NCBI GenBank assembly: GCA_033442325.1
Contig: JAWQFM010000017.1
Span: 391,183 to 455,182 of the forward strand
Source of the DNA: Salpingoeca rosetta
Taxonomy: Eukaryota; Protista; Choanoflagellata
Reading direction: 5' to 3'
Length of the DNA stretch: 64,000 nt
The notes under the pieces are model-generated. The model was given only the letters and a program-made list of their open reading frames with translations, was not told the DNA's origin and did no database searches. Below, piece after piece: positions 31,940-53,104 of the stretch; position 1 is the stretch's first letter; each line of letters opens with the position of its first letter. The translations under genes and the position numbers were made by a program.

Positions 31940-33249
31940 ATGGGGTTGCGGTTCTTCTTGCTTGTGAACAAGCAAGGGCAGACGCGTGTTGCACAGTACT
32001 ACCAGTACCGCGATGTGGAGACCAGGGTGACAAACGAGGCGGAGATTATCAGAAAATGCCTCGCACGGACAGAGAAACAGGTCCGCCAACACCTTGCTTG
32101 TAATTGTGTGTGCGGGGGAATGTGTACGCTGCTGCTTCTCGTGCTTGTGCTTGTGCTCTTGCTTGTGCTCTTGCTTGCGTGTGTTGATGTTTGTTCACCA
32201 ACGTACATCGTGTGCTGTGTGTTTGGTTTTGTAGTGCTCGTTCATGGAGTATCGGGGCTTCAAGCTCATCTTCCGACGATACGCTTCGCTCTACTTCATC
32301 GTTGGCGCCGACAACGACGAGGTGCGTTGTCACTGCGATGTTGACGTTGTTGTGTTGTGCTGTCACACACGTCCGATCGTTGCACGTGGTTGAGTGGTTG
32401 CTGCGCAGTTGAGTGGTTGTTGCGCAGTTGAGTGGTTGTTGCTGCACCAGATTCACCCGCTTTTTTTTTTTGTTGCACCCCTTGACACTCCAGAACGAGC
32501 TGGCCATTCTGGAGTTTATTCACATGGTTGTGGAGACGATGGACCAGTACTTTGAGGGCGTGGTAAGGGATGTGATCTGTGGCTCTGGGCGTGCGACTGT
32601 AGTTGTGGGCGTGTGGCTATCGTTGTGCGTATTCAACTGTGCCTGTTTTGCTGCTGCTGTGTTTGACGCACATGTGTGCGTTTGTGTGTGGAATGCTGCA
32701 CCTTTGTTTGCTGCGTGTTACCCCATTACACGCACTGACCGTCTGGCTTTGTGGGTGCACATCGGTTTGGGCACCATTCCATGGGCCGATTCGGGACCAC
32801 CAGTGCGAACTTGATGTAAGTTGTAGTGCTGCACTCGCATGTGATGGTGGTTCAGCGAGAGCTGCGCAGTATTTGTGCGTGTGTGTGTGTGCGTGTGCGC
32901 GCGCGTGTGTGTGTGTGTATGCACGCGCCTGTGTGTGTGCGTGTGTGTGTGTGCGCGCGCGCGCGTGTGTGTGTGTATGTGTGTGTGTGTGTGTGTAGTT
33001 TCTCTTTGTGGTGTGCATTCGTTTGCAGTGTGTTGGTTGCGTGGTATGCTCTTTTTTGTGCGAATGCGCTCTCCCCCTCCCCCGCTGACTTTGTTCTCAT
33101 GACCACATGTGCAGATTATGTTCAACATTGACAAGGCGCACTTCATCCTGGACGAGATGATTGCCAACGGAGAGATTGTGGAGACAAACAAGACACGCAT
33201 CATTGCTCCCATCAGGGTCATTGACAAAGTCGACAAGCTCAGCAGCTGA
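31940..33249 (+). CDS. AP4S1: AP-4 complex subunit sigma
   Basis: [21 protein letters not shown]...[30 protein letters not shown]...[10 protein letters not shown]...[38 protein letters not shown] is characteristic of sigma4. Confidence 0.93.
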
Positions 33250-34081
33250 ACTCTTTGCACGCGTCATCGCTTTGCTTTGCTTGTTGTATGCGTGATTGTA
33301 TTGGTGTGTGTGTGTTTGTGTGTGTATTGTCTGGAATGTGTGTGTGTGTGTGTTTTGCTTGTATGCGTGATTGTATTTGTGTGTGTCATGTGTGTAATGT
33401 GAGTGTGTGTGTGTTGAATGTGTGTGTGTGTGTGTGTGGTTGTGTGATTTACTGTGATTGCGTGGGTGTTGTGGAATTGTTGTGTTATTGCGAGTGTGTT
33501 GTGTGTTGTTTTGCTGCAACTCGATTTCACATCCTGTCGCATGTTGATTCCACGTTGTGCCCCTCTGCCTTTACCACACCCTTTGTCTTCCCTCATCCTC
33601 ATCCTTCACTTCCGACGCTCTCGCCCTGCACTGGTGTTCACGTTACGGTCTAGCTGATAGATGGTGTAATCAACGCCTGCTCCACCTCTCTTTCGTGTCT
33701 CTCAGCAATACACACCACGCGGGCCCTTACAGCTCAGTCAAACACACATACAAGGCAGCGCGAGACAGAGAGACGGAGAGACAGGGACAGACAGACTAAG
33801 ACACACACACACACACACACACACACACGATGGCACTCGCCCAGACTTTGCACGGCAGACCGCTGTTGCGGTGTATGTAACAAGCTAGCAAGCAAGGCAA
33901 TCAGTCATGATGACAGACAAATCAAACAAGCAAGCAACAAGCGGAGGGGAGAAGGCAACAAGTTGGAGACGACGGCAGCAGCAGTCGAGGACGAGAAAAG
34001 GGAATTAGGGAAGCAGAGGAACAGGCAAACATGGGTACGACGGTGTGGACAGTCATTGCGACGGGTCAATTATCTTGGGTG

Positions 34082-35922
<1,841 letters not shown>

Positions 35923-37015
35923 GGCTGTTGGTGTGCTCGGTGTGGTGCGTGGTGCGTGTGCTTGATGCTGGTGGATGTGGTGTGCTGGATGCTTGTGCTG
36001 CTGCTGTCGCTTGTCTTTGCTGCTTGTGCTTCTTTCCCTTTGCTTCTTCCCACACACGTGTGTTTGTGACGCTGAATTCAGGCTTTGGTGGCTTGTCAAG
36101 GTCGAAATTGACGTGGGCCACGAGACAAAGGCAAGTTTGACCTTGTCAACTTTGACAGCTCCCCACACATGCGAGCGAAAAGAGGGTGGTGTGTGGCGCA
36201 GAAATTATCGCCACTGCCTTTTTCTCCGCACGCAGCCGACAGCCACCCTTCTCCCCTTGCTTCCAACACAGGTGCGTGTGCGTGGTGTGGCAGCAGCGGA
36301 TATGAGGAGATGAGACGTGCTAGATGATGTGCACGCGTGTGTGTGCACGCCGGCGTGAGCAAGCCGCAGCTCGCCCACGGGCTGCCTGTGCACACACGAG
36401 CACAGTTGCGCCAGATGTGATAGCGTTGTGGTGTGCGTGCGCGTGTGCGTGCGCGTGTATGCGCCAATGCAACCACACGTGAAGCAAGGCAGATGAAACG
36501 AGAGACATGATGGCGTGATTGATGCCGCAGCCAGCGGATGAGGAGAGCAAGCAGCGTGCACGCGACAGCGGTGGTGGTGGATGGAGCGGGAAGATGTGTG
36601 AACAGATCAGCCGCAGGTGTGCCCACTAGACTTACACCATTAGCAGCAGCCATGTCAGGAGCATGATGACCACCACTCCAGCACTTTTCCAGCCACACAC
36701 ATACACATACACCACGTGCACACATGAAGAAGACCTGCATCGCAGCTCTGCACGACACGCACTCACGCGCGTTTGGATCAGCATCAGCTCTCAACACACA
36801 TCAGAGAGGACGGGGCTGTCTGTGGCACAGTTGTAGTCTTGTATCATCTGTCTTCCACAGCACATCACGTGCGCCTCGTTTTCGCTCACACATTTCTCCC
36901 ACCACTACTCCGTTCCTCGCTCCGTGCTTTACCTTGTCTCTGCCTGCGCCCCCTCTTCTTCTCTTCTCCCTTTCCTTCTGTTCTCTCTCCTCCCTTGTTG
37001 CCAACCACAGCCGAC

Positions 37016-38653
37016 ATGGGTAAGGACATCTGCCACAAGCACGACAGGAAGAGGCGCCGCACCGCGCCCGTGTCGGAGGACCCCTACCTCCGCCTCCTCG
37101 TCCAGCTGTACCGCTTCCTTGTTCGCCGTACCAACTCCAGCTTCAACAAGGTACTGGGCACCGTCGCGTTTGAGTGTGCGTGTGCGCGTGTGTAAGGAGG
37201 GGCGTACGCACTATTCGAAAGTAGTGTTGGAGAGTGCCAAAGAGAGAGAGAGTGTGTGTGTGTGTGCTGGAGTGTGTGTGTGTGTGTTTGCATGCGTTCG
37301 TGCGAAGCGAGTCATGCACGCGTAAGTGGAGTGGTCCGCCTTTACTGAACAGCAACCACACCGTCAGCTCTTAGGCACCTGTCGCCCTTGTTGTTCATCC
37401 TTTTGCAGCCAGCTGCTCACTTTTCGTTGCTGTGCAATGCTCGTGGCTCTGTCAACAGGTTGTGCTGAAGCGCATGTTCATGAGCAAGATCCACCGCCCA
37501 CCAATGTCGCTGTCCCGCATCGTCCAGAACATGAAGGGCCGTGAGCAGCTCATTGCCGTCATTGTCGGCACTGTCACAGATGATCCTCGTATGCTCGAGG
37601 TGCGTGATGGCGGTTGTTGCGATTCTCGTTGCGGTTACTGCTTTGGTATTGTGTTTGGGCTTGGGCTTGCTGAAGCCACGTGACAGCGCATGCGTGTCTG
37701 TGGTGTATGTTGTGGCTGTCGGTTGTTGTCGTTCGTGGATGTTGCCGCTTCTCTGTGCTGCTTTCATCGTACATGCACTTGTTCCGCCATGACCATCCAT
37801 CTCCCCTTTACCTTCCTTTCTCACGCTCCTGTCACCTCAACTCTTCCTACGTCCCACTCCCACCTCTCGTCATGCCCACAGCTCCCCAAGCTGACCGTGT
37901 GCGCTCTTCGCTTCAGCGAGACCGCCCGCAAGCGCATCCTTGCTGCCGGTGGCGAGTGCCTCACATTCGACCAGCTTGCTCTCCGCTCCCCCAAGGGCCA
38001 GAACACCGTCCTCATGCAGGGTGCGTCTGTATATGTCTGGGTTGATAGTTTTGCATTTGTGTGTGTGTGTGTGTTGATGCGTGTAGATGAGCGTGTTTTT
38101 GGTGTTTCAAAGTGTCGAGTGTGTGCCGGTCGTCTTCCCGCTCGTTGTCCTTTAGTGAAGCCGCATGTGCCCCCCCCCCCCCCACATAAACCCACTCACT
38201 ATTGTTACTCACACAATCCATCTGTTGTCGTTTCTTTGCTCTGCCTGTGCCTTAGGTCCCCGCAAGGCTCGCGAGGCCGTCAAGCACTTTGGCCGTGCCC
38301 CTGGTCTCCCCGGCAGCCACGCTCGCCCTTACGTCCGCGCCAAGGGTGCGTTGATTGTTGATTGTGATGAGCGTGTGCATTTGTGTTTGGTTTGGTGTGC
38401 CGCTTTTTTGTGTGTGTGTGTGAGTGTGTGTACTTTCGTTGCTTGTGTGTGTGAGTGTGTACTTTCGTTGCTTGGTGGGCTTGGCTTTCGTCAGCTCTCT
38501 CCCTGCCTCCCTTTGCCTGCTGCTCTTCTTTTGAACACTGACACTCACACGCCTCTTACATGCAACTCCAACCACCCTCTGTCATTACCACCACCAGGCC
38601 GCAAGTTCGAGAAGGCGCGTGGTCGCCGTACCTCCCGTGGCTTCAGGGCTTAA
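37016..38653 (+). CDS. RPL18: 60S ribosomal protein L18 (eL18), 5 coding exons
   Basis: [20 protein letters not shown]; RPPMSLSRI; GTVTDDPR; [12 protein letters not shown]; [11 protein letters not shown]. Confidence 0.97.
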
Positions 38654-38905
38654 AGAAGAAGCTCGCGGGGCTGCGTCTGGAAAGTGTACTTGGCTCGTTG
38701 GTTCATGGGGTGTGGTCGTTGGTTCCATCGTCTCTTTACGTGTCTTTGTTGTGGTGGTGGTAGTGCTGTATGCATTGCGCCACATTGCATGCACGTGTTT
38801 GGTGATGCCGTGCCGCCCACACCCGTTTTGTTCTCGACAAATATAAAGCGAACACCAAGCAACACGCAAGTTGTGGCAAAGAGAAAGAGGGAGAGAGTGT
38901 GTGTG

Positions 38906-38965
38906 TGTGTTTGAATGCGAACAAGTGACGAGTGATGTGTTTGAATGCAAACAAGTGACGAGTGC
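38906..38965. repeat. 30-bp tandem duplication (2 copies) downstream of RPL18
   Basis: TGTGTTTGAATGC(G/A)AACAAGTGACGAGTG occurs twice in tandem. Confidence 0.85.
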
Positions 38966-40664
38966 TTGTGTTAGCCTGCGACAGCAAACAAGCAACATGC
39001 TGGGTACTGTAATGATGATTGACATCAGAAGAGAAGTAACAATGTAAGCACACGGAGAGAGAGAGAGAGAGCCAGACACGCACACACACAACACACCTCA
39101 CACACGCGCACGTACACTCACACTGACCCACCTGCCCATTTGCCCGTGCCGCCGCCAAAGGCTTGAAAACTTTGTTGGCGCGCATTGCCAACGAAAATTG
39201 ATGAAAAATAAGCGCCAATATTCAGCAACCGGTTGGAGGTTGGCGCGAGATTTGGCCGTTACGCCGCGCAGATTTCGCAGACGCCAGCCAGCCAGCCCAG
39301 CATTCTTCTCCTTTGTTTTTCCAGCACTTGCCAGTGGTTACAAGCAAGCGGCACTGGTTGCAACCCATCCACACGCACCACGCACCGCAACCGGTGGATC
39401 GTGCGCATTCCTTCCCCTTCTCCCTCTTTTGCACCCCCACGTGCATGAGAGGGGCTCATTTACCCCACCACCCTTCCAAAGAGAAGCTCGCTGTGTGTGC
39501 CCACAGTCGCCAAGCCAAGCAAGTAAGCGAATACCAAAAACCACTGAGATCACTACCTCCCCTCTCTGCCATCGACACCTGCTCTTGTCTCTTGCTCGCA
39601 AGAACAAGGCAGTGTTGCGCACTGAGCTGGTAGCTGCATCATTGACGTGTGAGGCGATACCAAAACAAGGCTGTGTTTGAGTGAGCGAGTCGGAGTATAC
39701 TTGATTCAGGGCGTGTCGAAAGACCAAAGAGCTCACTGTCCCCTGAGAAAGACGCTTGAAACGCACATCCACCCCACACGCCTAGCTCGCTAGCTGTTGT
39801 GGACGGTGTTGCTTTGTCTGGAGGGGTTTTCATCTGTTGCACGAGAACCGATATCGAGGGATCCTCGCAAGAAGAACCCTCTCCCCTTCCATTTTCAACG
39901 CGCGCTGAGAGTCGCACGTTCCATTGTTCGCATCATCATCACAACTCATCATCTGCGGTTTTTCCCCCCATCCGCGTTTGTTCCCTCTCCCTTCTTACCC
40001 TGCCTCCACCTTTCCAACCTCCCCTTCACAACCAAGCGCCCACTGCTTGCTTCACACGCGCGAGCGTGCTGAACCTGCTGTTGGAGTGTGTGTGCGGCGG
40101 CGACGGCGGTGGCCACCTGTCTTGTTTGAGCAACTCCCCCTGTTCTTTCCTTCCTTTCGATCGAAACAGGGCCAAACTCTCTCAAACCTCGACGGTTCTC
40201 AGCGAAACACAGCATCCCCTTAGATCAGGGCACCAGCAGAGCTACCTCTTCTAACCCTCTCTCATCACCGAGCCACTCTCACCCACCATCACCTTTCCCC
40301 CTTTACACCAATTTTCAGGTTGCACAACACACCCACATTGCACCAACACCCACACCACTGGTCACACATCTCCTTTATCACACGTTGCACAAGCACCAAC
40401 CACGACCATTGCTTCTTGCGACCTGCTTGCATCATCGCATCCCACCCGACACGACGAATTTTTCCTCGCTCCTGTCCGGATCGGAACAACAGACAGCAAC
40501 AAAGGACCAAGTTCATCAAGTTCATCAGCAGCAGCACCCCAGGCTCGTCCAAACAAGTTTCTTTGATCACATCAACGCATCACTCCTTTCCCGTGGGCAG
40601 CCAGTTGGTTAATTCGCGGCAGTCTCATTTCCCTCGACGCAACAGCAGCCCACACCCACCAGCC

Positions 40665-42002
40665 ATGACGCTTCAGGAAGATACCCTGACCAACCGCATC
40701 TCCGCCGTGAACTCGCCGGCGTCGTTTGTTACAGGTCCACTGGACCCAGCACCCAAGCCCCACCACAACACAACCGTCACTGCCTCAACAACAGCAACAC
40801 AGCAGCAAAAGACACAACAACAACAGCGGCCGCTATGGACGCCTCACGCATACTTCACACAGCGCGCCATCTCTGTTGACGACCGCGACCGCGCCTGCGC
40901 CGCCATGCAGCGCATCTGCAGCGCCCTCAGCCTCCCTCCCGCCGTCTCGGGCACCAGCTGCCTCCTGTTCGACCTGGTGCTCTCCAGCATCGAAGTCAAG
41001 GCGCAGCTCGTGCGCATCGTCTCCGTGGCCTGTGTGCGGCTGGCCGCCACCATGGAGCTCGGCGAGGACGCCCTCAGCGACGACGCACTGCTCCGTGCTG
41101 CTGCAGCCAAGTTCTCGTCAAAGGACCTACAGCGCATGGCGCGTCTCCTCACATCCAAGCTCCCTCCGCGGGCACAGCTTCCCCTCACAGCACACCACCT
41201 CATTGGCGATCTCGTGGCCGTCCTCGACCTCACCTCCTGCCTGAAGCCCCTGCGACAGCGCCGCCGCCGCAGCAAGCTCCAGCCACCGGGCGTGTCGGTT
41301 CTCCCCGCCATCCCGGAGGACGACGTGGTCGTGGACTTTGGTGCAGACACAGACTGCACCGCTAGCACCAGCGCCCTCGCCTCGCTGCACCACCAGGCGC
41401 AACAAGAAACCGAACAACAGCAACAGGCACAAGTTGTCGTTGACGTGGAAGCCCACCGCCAGCGTGTACTGGACATGGCCATGGCAAAGGCAGCCACGTA
41501 CGGCCTGGCGTACAGCAACGTGTCCACGTGCTCCATCATTGCGTATGCGGTTGGCTGTGTTGCCAGCGCCCTGCACACGGAGTTTGGCCTCCGCGCACAC
41601 GCCGTTGTCACTGCGCTTGAGACAGCCTCCAACGTCTCCAGCGAGGAGCTCAAGCAGGCCTCGTGGCTGCGCTGCCTCACAGAGGGCCAACAGTCGTCCA
41701 CAGCCACTGCGCCGCCGTCATCGCCGTCGCCTCAGCAGACTGCACCCCCTCAGTCGCCAACAGCGGTGGTACCGCGCTCTCCCGTGTCGCCGCCATCATC
41801 TGCAGCGCCATCCCAGCACCAGCGGCCACCATCGCGTCTGTCGCCGTCCAGGCTGCTGTGCCGTCCATCCAACCCGACAACGTCGTCGTCGTCGTCGTCG
41901 TCACAGTCGTTGCCTTGTGCACCGTGCTCGCCGTCGTCATCGCCTCCGCTGCGTCACAGGAGGGCGCAGCTTGGACACAGAGGCTCATTTCGAAAAGTAT
42001 GA
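40665..42002 (+). CDS. Divergent cyclin G/I-like protein, single coding exon
   Basis: Cyclin-box-like ISVDDRDRACAAMQRICSALSLPPAVSGTSCLLFDLVLSSIEVKAQLVRIVSVACVRLAATME...FSSKDLQRMARLLTSKL aligns by eye with cyclin I/G. Ser/Pro-rich PEST-like tail; strongly GC-ending codons. Confidence 0.72.
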   Translation: MTLQEDTLTNRISAVNSPASFVTGPLDPAPKPHHNTTVTASTTATQQQKTQQQQRPLWTPHAYFTQRAISVDDRDRACAAMQRICSALSLPPAVSGTSCLLFDLVLSSIEVKAQLVRIVSVACVRLAATMELGEDALSDDALLRAAAAKFSSKDLQRMARLLTSKLPPRAQLPLTAHHLIGDLVAVLDLTSCLKPLRQRRRRSKLQPPGVSVLPAIPEDDVVVDFGADTDCTASTSALASLHHQAQQETEQQQQAQVVVDVEAHRQRVLDMAMAKAATYGLAYSNVSTCSIIAYAVGCVASALHTEFGLRAHAVVTALETASNVSSEELKQASWLRCLTEGQQSSTATAPPSSPSPQQTAPPQSPTAVVPRSPVSPPSSAAPSQHQRPPSRLSPSRLLCRPSNPTTSSSSSSSQSLPCAPCSPSSSPPLRHRRAQLGHRGSFRKV

Positions 42003-42819
42003 TATGATGGCTTCAACCTCAAGTTTTCCCTCTCCCGTCACCTGTTACCGGTGTTCACGTCCCTTTATCTCTCCGTGACTGTGACAAAACTGTCGACTTC
42101 CTTGTTCTGTGTGGAGTCCTTTACATTGCAACGAACCATGTCTTGTACGTGCTCGTTGTCCTTCCTTTTATTGATATCTGTACGGTGTTAACGTCTCATT
42201 TTCTCCCTCTTTAACCCCAACACGGTGCACGCTGCTTCTTGTTGTAGCTGTGAGCGATTGCGCCTTATTTGCCACGTGTGTGTATGCGTACGTGTTTTAT
42301 CTTCTTGTGTGTGTCGTCGCGTGATGTGCGCGTGCGCGTGCGGTTGTTTGCTCTTGCGCTGCCTTGTTCTTGTCAGCAGCGGCAGGTGTTCAACGGGCGT
42401 TCACGCGTCACCCGTGATTACCACTTCGTCATGCCATGCATGTATTGTGTGTTTCTCAGTCGAGTGTGTGCTCCCTGTGTTGTGATTGATGAATTGTAGG
42501 GAGGAGTTGATGGTGTGCTTGTGTGCTTTGCACTTGAATGGATGTCAGTGTTGCACCTCCATCAGCGCCCTGTCCCTGTGCTTCTTGTCACTCGCACTGT
42601 TTTGCGCCACTCTTGGACACATATATTATCCCCAAGCTGTGACGAGCGCCATCATGAGCGTGCTCTGAGCAGGGAACCCAGCAAATAAATGAAACCATCT
42701 GCCACCGTGACTGATGAGCCAGTGGGGTGAGGGGGCAAGTGGAGTCAAAGGACAGGTCAAGGTCTCATCTCTCACATCGCACCAGCATCAACAAAATTCC
42801 GGAACACTCTTCTTGCTTC

Positions 42820-47594
<4,775 letters not shown>

Positions 47595-47779
47595 AGACGT
47601 CTGTCTGTCTGTCTGTCTGTCTCTGTGTGTGTGCATTGAGCCCTAATTAAATGACCATCGAATCGCGAAGGATTGCTGTCCTTTTGCCCTCATTTCGCAT
47701 CATCCCCATCGCCAATACAAACAACTGCACCACTGCACAACACTGTCCTGCTGCACTGTGACGACTTGTGATACGTACT

Positions 47780-49118
<1,339 letters not shown>

Positions 49119-49664
49119 ACACACACGCGCGCACATGATGAATGGGCTGGGGAGTGATCAGCGGTGGAATTAGAGCGCCAATGCGACACGCAATGCTTTG
49201 ATTGTCACCATCGTCGTCATCGTCACCCTCATTGGCCTCATTAGCCTGCATGAATGGCGTTGACATCACACCAACCATCACCCCTGTCTCAAGCTGCCCC
49301 TTTCGTGCCAGTCAGAGGTGCAAGTTTCGTTATTCATCTTCACACCACACGTCTGTGACAACCAAAGTAAACGATAAATGTTGCCGCGCGTGACAAGTGA
49401 AACGATATTAAAGACATGTGCAAAGGGGTACATGGGGCACACGGGTGGTGTGTGCATGATGTGCGAGGTGCAATGAATGGCAAAGGGGGGATGAAGCAAG
49501 CTGCGTGGATATGTACACAGATGAGAGAGAACAGGAATCGATTGCACGAGAGAGCCAAGCCAAAGCCACGATCGAGCCGAGTGCAGTAAACTGGCGGGCA
49601 TGAGAGAGATAGTGTGTGTGTGTGTGTGCGTGCGTGTCTGCACATCTGTATGTGTGCGTGAATG

Positions 49665-49835
49665 CTACAATTCGACGTCAAAGGAGATGCCATCGTATCC
49701 CATGTGGATGTTGAGGTCTTCTCCATCGTCAACAACGCTGCACAGCGCCTGGTCAAACGTGTTGTAGTCAAACTGCACGTGCACATGTGCACATGCGCAT
49801 GTGTGTGTGCGTGTGCATGTGTGTGCATATGTGCA

Positions 49836-49869
<34 letters not shown>

Positions 49870-50500
49870 TGTGTGTTGAGGGAACAACGAGGTGAGGAGA
49901 CGTTGGGTTGGGCTCGCATGATACGCAACAAATAAGCGTGAACAGAACAAGTTCAACAACAACACGAACAGAAAAACAACAACGCCACTACACAGCAAAC
50001 ACCACCAAGGTTCACCACCACCACCACCAAGGTTCACCAACACCACACGGCCGCCAATCGCCCGTGATTGTCCACGCACGTCGTGTGTCATGCCGACGAG
50101 GACGGTCCGTTTCGGTTTCACGCGCCGCACAACTTGAACAACCTCCGTCAAACACATGTGCGTGTCGTGTTCCTCCTGTTATCGAGTGGGGTGGTGGGTG
50201 GTGAGAAGAGGGCGGGGGAGGTGGTTGGTCGGAGTTGGTGGGCGTGGACCTGAGCGATAACGAGATTGGCATTCAACACAGGTGAACACATATTCATACA
50301 CACACGCACGCACACACACACACACACANNNNNNNNNNNNNNNNNNNNNNNNNNNNNNNNNNNNNNNNNNNNNNNNNNNNNNNNNNNNNNNNNNNNNNNN
50401 NNNNNNNNNNNNNNNNNNNNNNNNNNNNATTTGTCTCTCGACCATTTCTATTCTATAGCAGTCGATTGTTCCCAGTAGTATAATAATTTATAGATCCACG

Positions 50501-50588
<88 letters not shown>

Positions 50589-50776
50589 GCACGCACACGC
50601 ACGCACACGCACGCGCACACACACATACACACACGCGCGCACACCGAGATGTAGAGCGAGTCGATGATCATGAGATCGATGTTGGCTTCAAGGAGAAGAT
50701 CCTGGTGAACAGGGGGGGGGGGTGTGAATGCAGCGGGGTGAGGCGGGATGGATCATGACAAGACACAATAGACAGG

Positions 50777-50861
<85 letters not shown>

Positions 50862-51189
50862 ACGCACGTAGCCGCATTCGCGTGTGTACACAAATCTGCA
50901 CGCGCACACGCACGCACAAACAGGCGAACGCCACATCATCGCATGCAGTTCTCACCATTGTTGGCTTTGGGAACACTTTCACATCGCTCAAATACGCAAT
51001 GCGAGCACTGAAAGTTGAACATCAGGTCACGCGTGAGGTGATGGCGGAAACAGGGCACAGTGTCACATCCACACGACAACAACGCAGTGAAGGCTGTCGG
51101 GGCACACGCAACACACACACACACGGAAGCATTCAAAATATAGCACACTCACACGCACTCACGCAGTATTTACACAACACAACACACGT

Positions 51190-51220
<31 letters not shown>

Positions 51221-52123
51221 CACGCACACACACGCACAGGGACGCACAGCACAAGCTTGCTCACTCCTTTGGGCCGAAGAGGAAGCCGAGACAGATGTAC
51301 GATCCACCGTGCATCATGCGGACGGGCTGGAGCTCAAGACCAAAGACACTGAACGGCGGGTCAACGTCAATGTCACGGTCGCTCAGATTCGCAACCACGT
51401 GCCAGTTGATGCGCGACACGAACCTGTAGAGTGGCGGTGGTGGTGGTGGTGGTGGTGGTGGCCGGAGTGGAGTGAGAGGGCGGATGGTGGAGTAATCATG
51501 GAGTGTGAGACTTGGAACTTACAACACACACACACACACGCACACATACACACACACACGCACACATACACACACACGCACACACTCGCATATGTGTACT
51601 GACCGCTTTGGTTCCCCTGCGTTGATGGCCTCAATCTGCTTCTTTGGGATTAAATATGGAAACACGGCTGAGGTGGAAGGCAGGCACACCTGGCAGGTGA
51701 GATGTGCAAAAGGGAGGAACATAGTCGATGATGCACACAACACACACACATCCACATCCACATCCACACAGTACACACACACATCCACAAAACACAGTAC
51801 ACGCACGTTCACGCTACCTTGCATGCGTTCGAACGTTTCGTCAGAGCAAAAGGCCTCGATGGGTTTGGCCACTTCGTACTTTGTCCTCCCCGCCTTCTCA
51901 TCCTCATACGGCGTCAGGTAGTGCACGCTCCTCAGGTCATCGATGCCTGTGTTGGGGCGGTGCAGTGCAAGTGGTGAGCGGGGCGGATGGCGGGAACACA
52001 TACGCTGTGTGTGTGTGCGTGTGTGCGTGTGTGCGTGTGTGTGTGTGTGCGTGTGTGCGTGTGTGCGTGCGTGTGCGTGTGTGTGTGCGTGTTGTGTTGC
52101 TCTGTCCATCTGTCTGTCTGTCT

Positions 52124-52184
<61 letters not shown>

Positions 52185-52410
52185 TGTGTGTCTGTCTGTG
52201 TGTCTGTGTACATACAACACGTACCGAGCACGGCGTCTGCGTGGTCGTGGCTGATGACGAGCGCATCAATGCCCGTCACCCCCAACTGCACATCACAAGG
52301 GCACAACAGCAGCGATGTTAGCGAGGAGACCGGGCATGGCGCCCAGGGGAAGGCGGGGAAGACGTGTGAAAGACACGACGACGAGCACCAGGCAGACAAA
52401 CATCACGCTC

Positions 52411-52456
<46 letters not shown>

Positions 52457-53104
52457 ACACACACGCGCGCGCACACGCACACACTGTACCTTGGGGAAGA
52501 AGCGGGCCACTGCGGACGCAAATGTCTTGCCGGCGTCAAACAGGATGTTCTTCACGCCATCGTCGTCTGCGTTGCCCACACGCACGAGGTCAAGGTTGCT
52601 GGTGAGCGAAGCTTCAAACACACAGGCAGACATGGATGTGCATGCGCGTGCACATGTAGATACACACATGTAGACACACACACACACACGCACGCACGCA
52701 CGCAGCACGACCCACGTTGGTATTGGATGAGCATGCTGGGGTTGCCTCTGAGATTACGCGAGAGGGGATTCCTGGCTGCCTCCTGGCATACAGTGCACTC
52801 TGGCCCCTCCGCTGCGTACGTGACAATGTTTAGAGACAAGCGAGTGAGACAGACAGACAGACAGAGAGAGAGTGAGAGAGAGAGAGAGCCAGAGAGAGCC
52901 AAAGGCTGTCGATACACACACAGATACACACACACACACAGACACATACACAGACACACACACAGACACACACACACACACAGACACACACACACACACG
53001 CGCGCGCGCTCACTTCGAATGAGGCAGGCGAGGTTTGGGACGCTGGATGATGCGCCTGTGCCCAATAGCACCAGGCGTGAAGGGCCTTTCTTCGGAGACG
53101 ACAT
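49665..53104 (-). CDS. Metallo-beta-lactamase-fold hydrolase, PhnP-like, multi-exon (spans a gap)
   Basis: [17 protein letters not shown]; CTVC; [10 protein letters not shown]; [10 protein letters not shown]; [21 protein letters not shown]; VFPYLI; [12 protein letters not shown]; IHMGYDG. Confidence 0.88.
50329..50428. other. Assembly gap (100 N)
   Basis: Run of N. Confidence 1.

Noticed and set aside
36096-36797. ORF starting [11 protein letters not shown], ankyrin-like
   Set aside because: Single short match with no TPLH or repeat, lying in the FCF1/RPL18 promoter spacer.
38364-38541. C/D box snoRNA candidate (GTGATGA...CTGA) in RPL18 intron 4
   Set aside because: Long, microsatellite-filled interior with no recognisable rRNA guide; boxes likely chance matches.
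40320-40664. N-terminal extension of the 560-aa ORF upstream of the cyclin ATG
   Set aside because: The ORF track starts at a non-ATG codon; the first ATG in good context is 40665.
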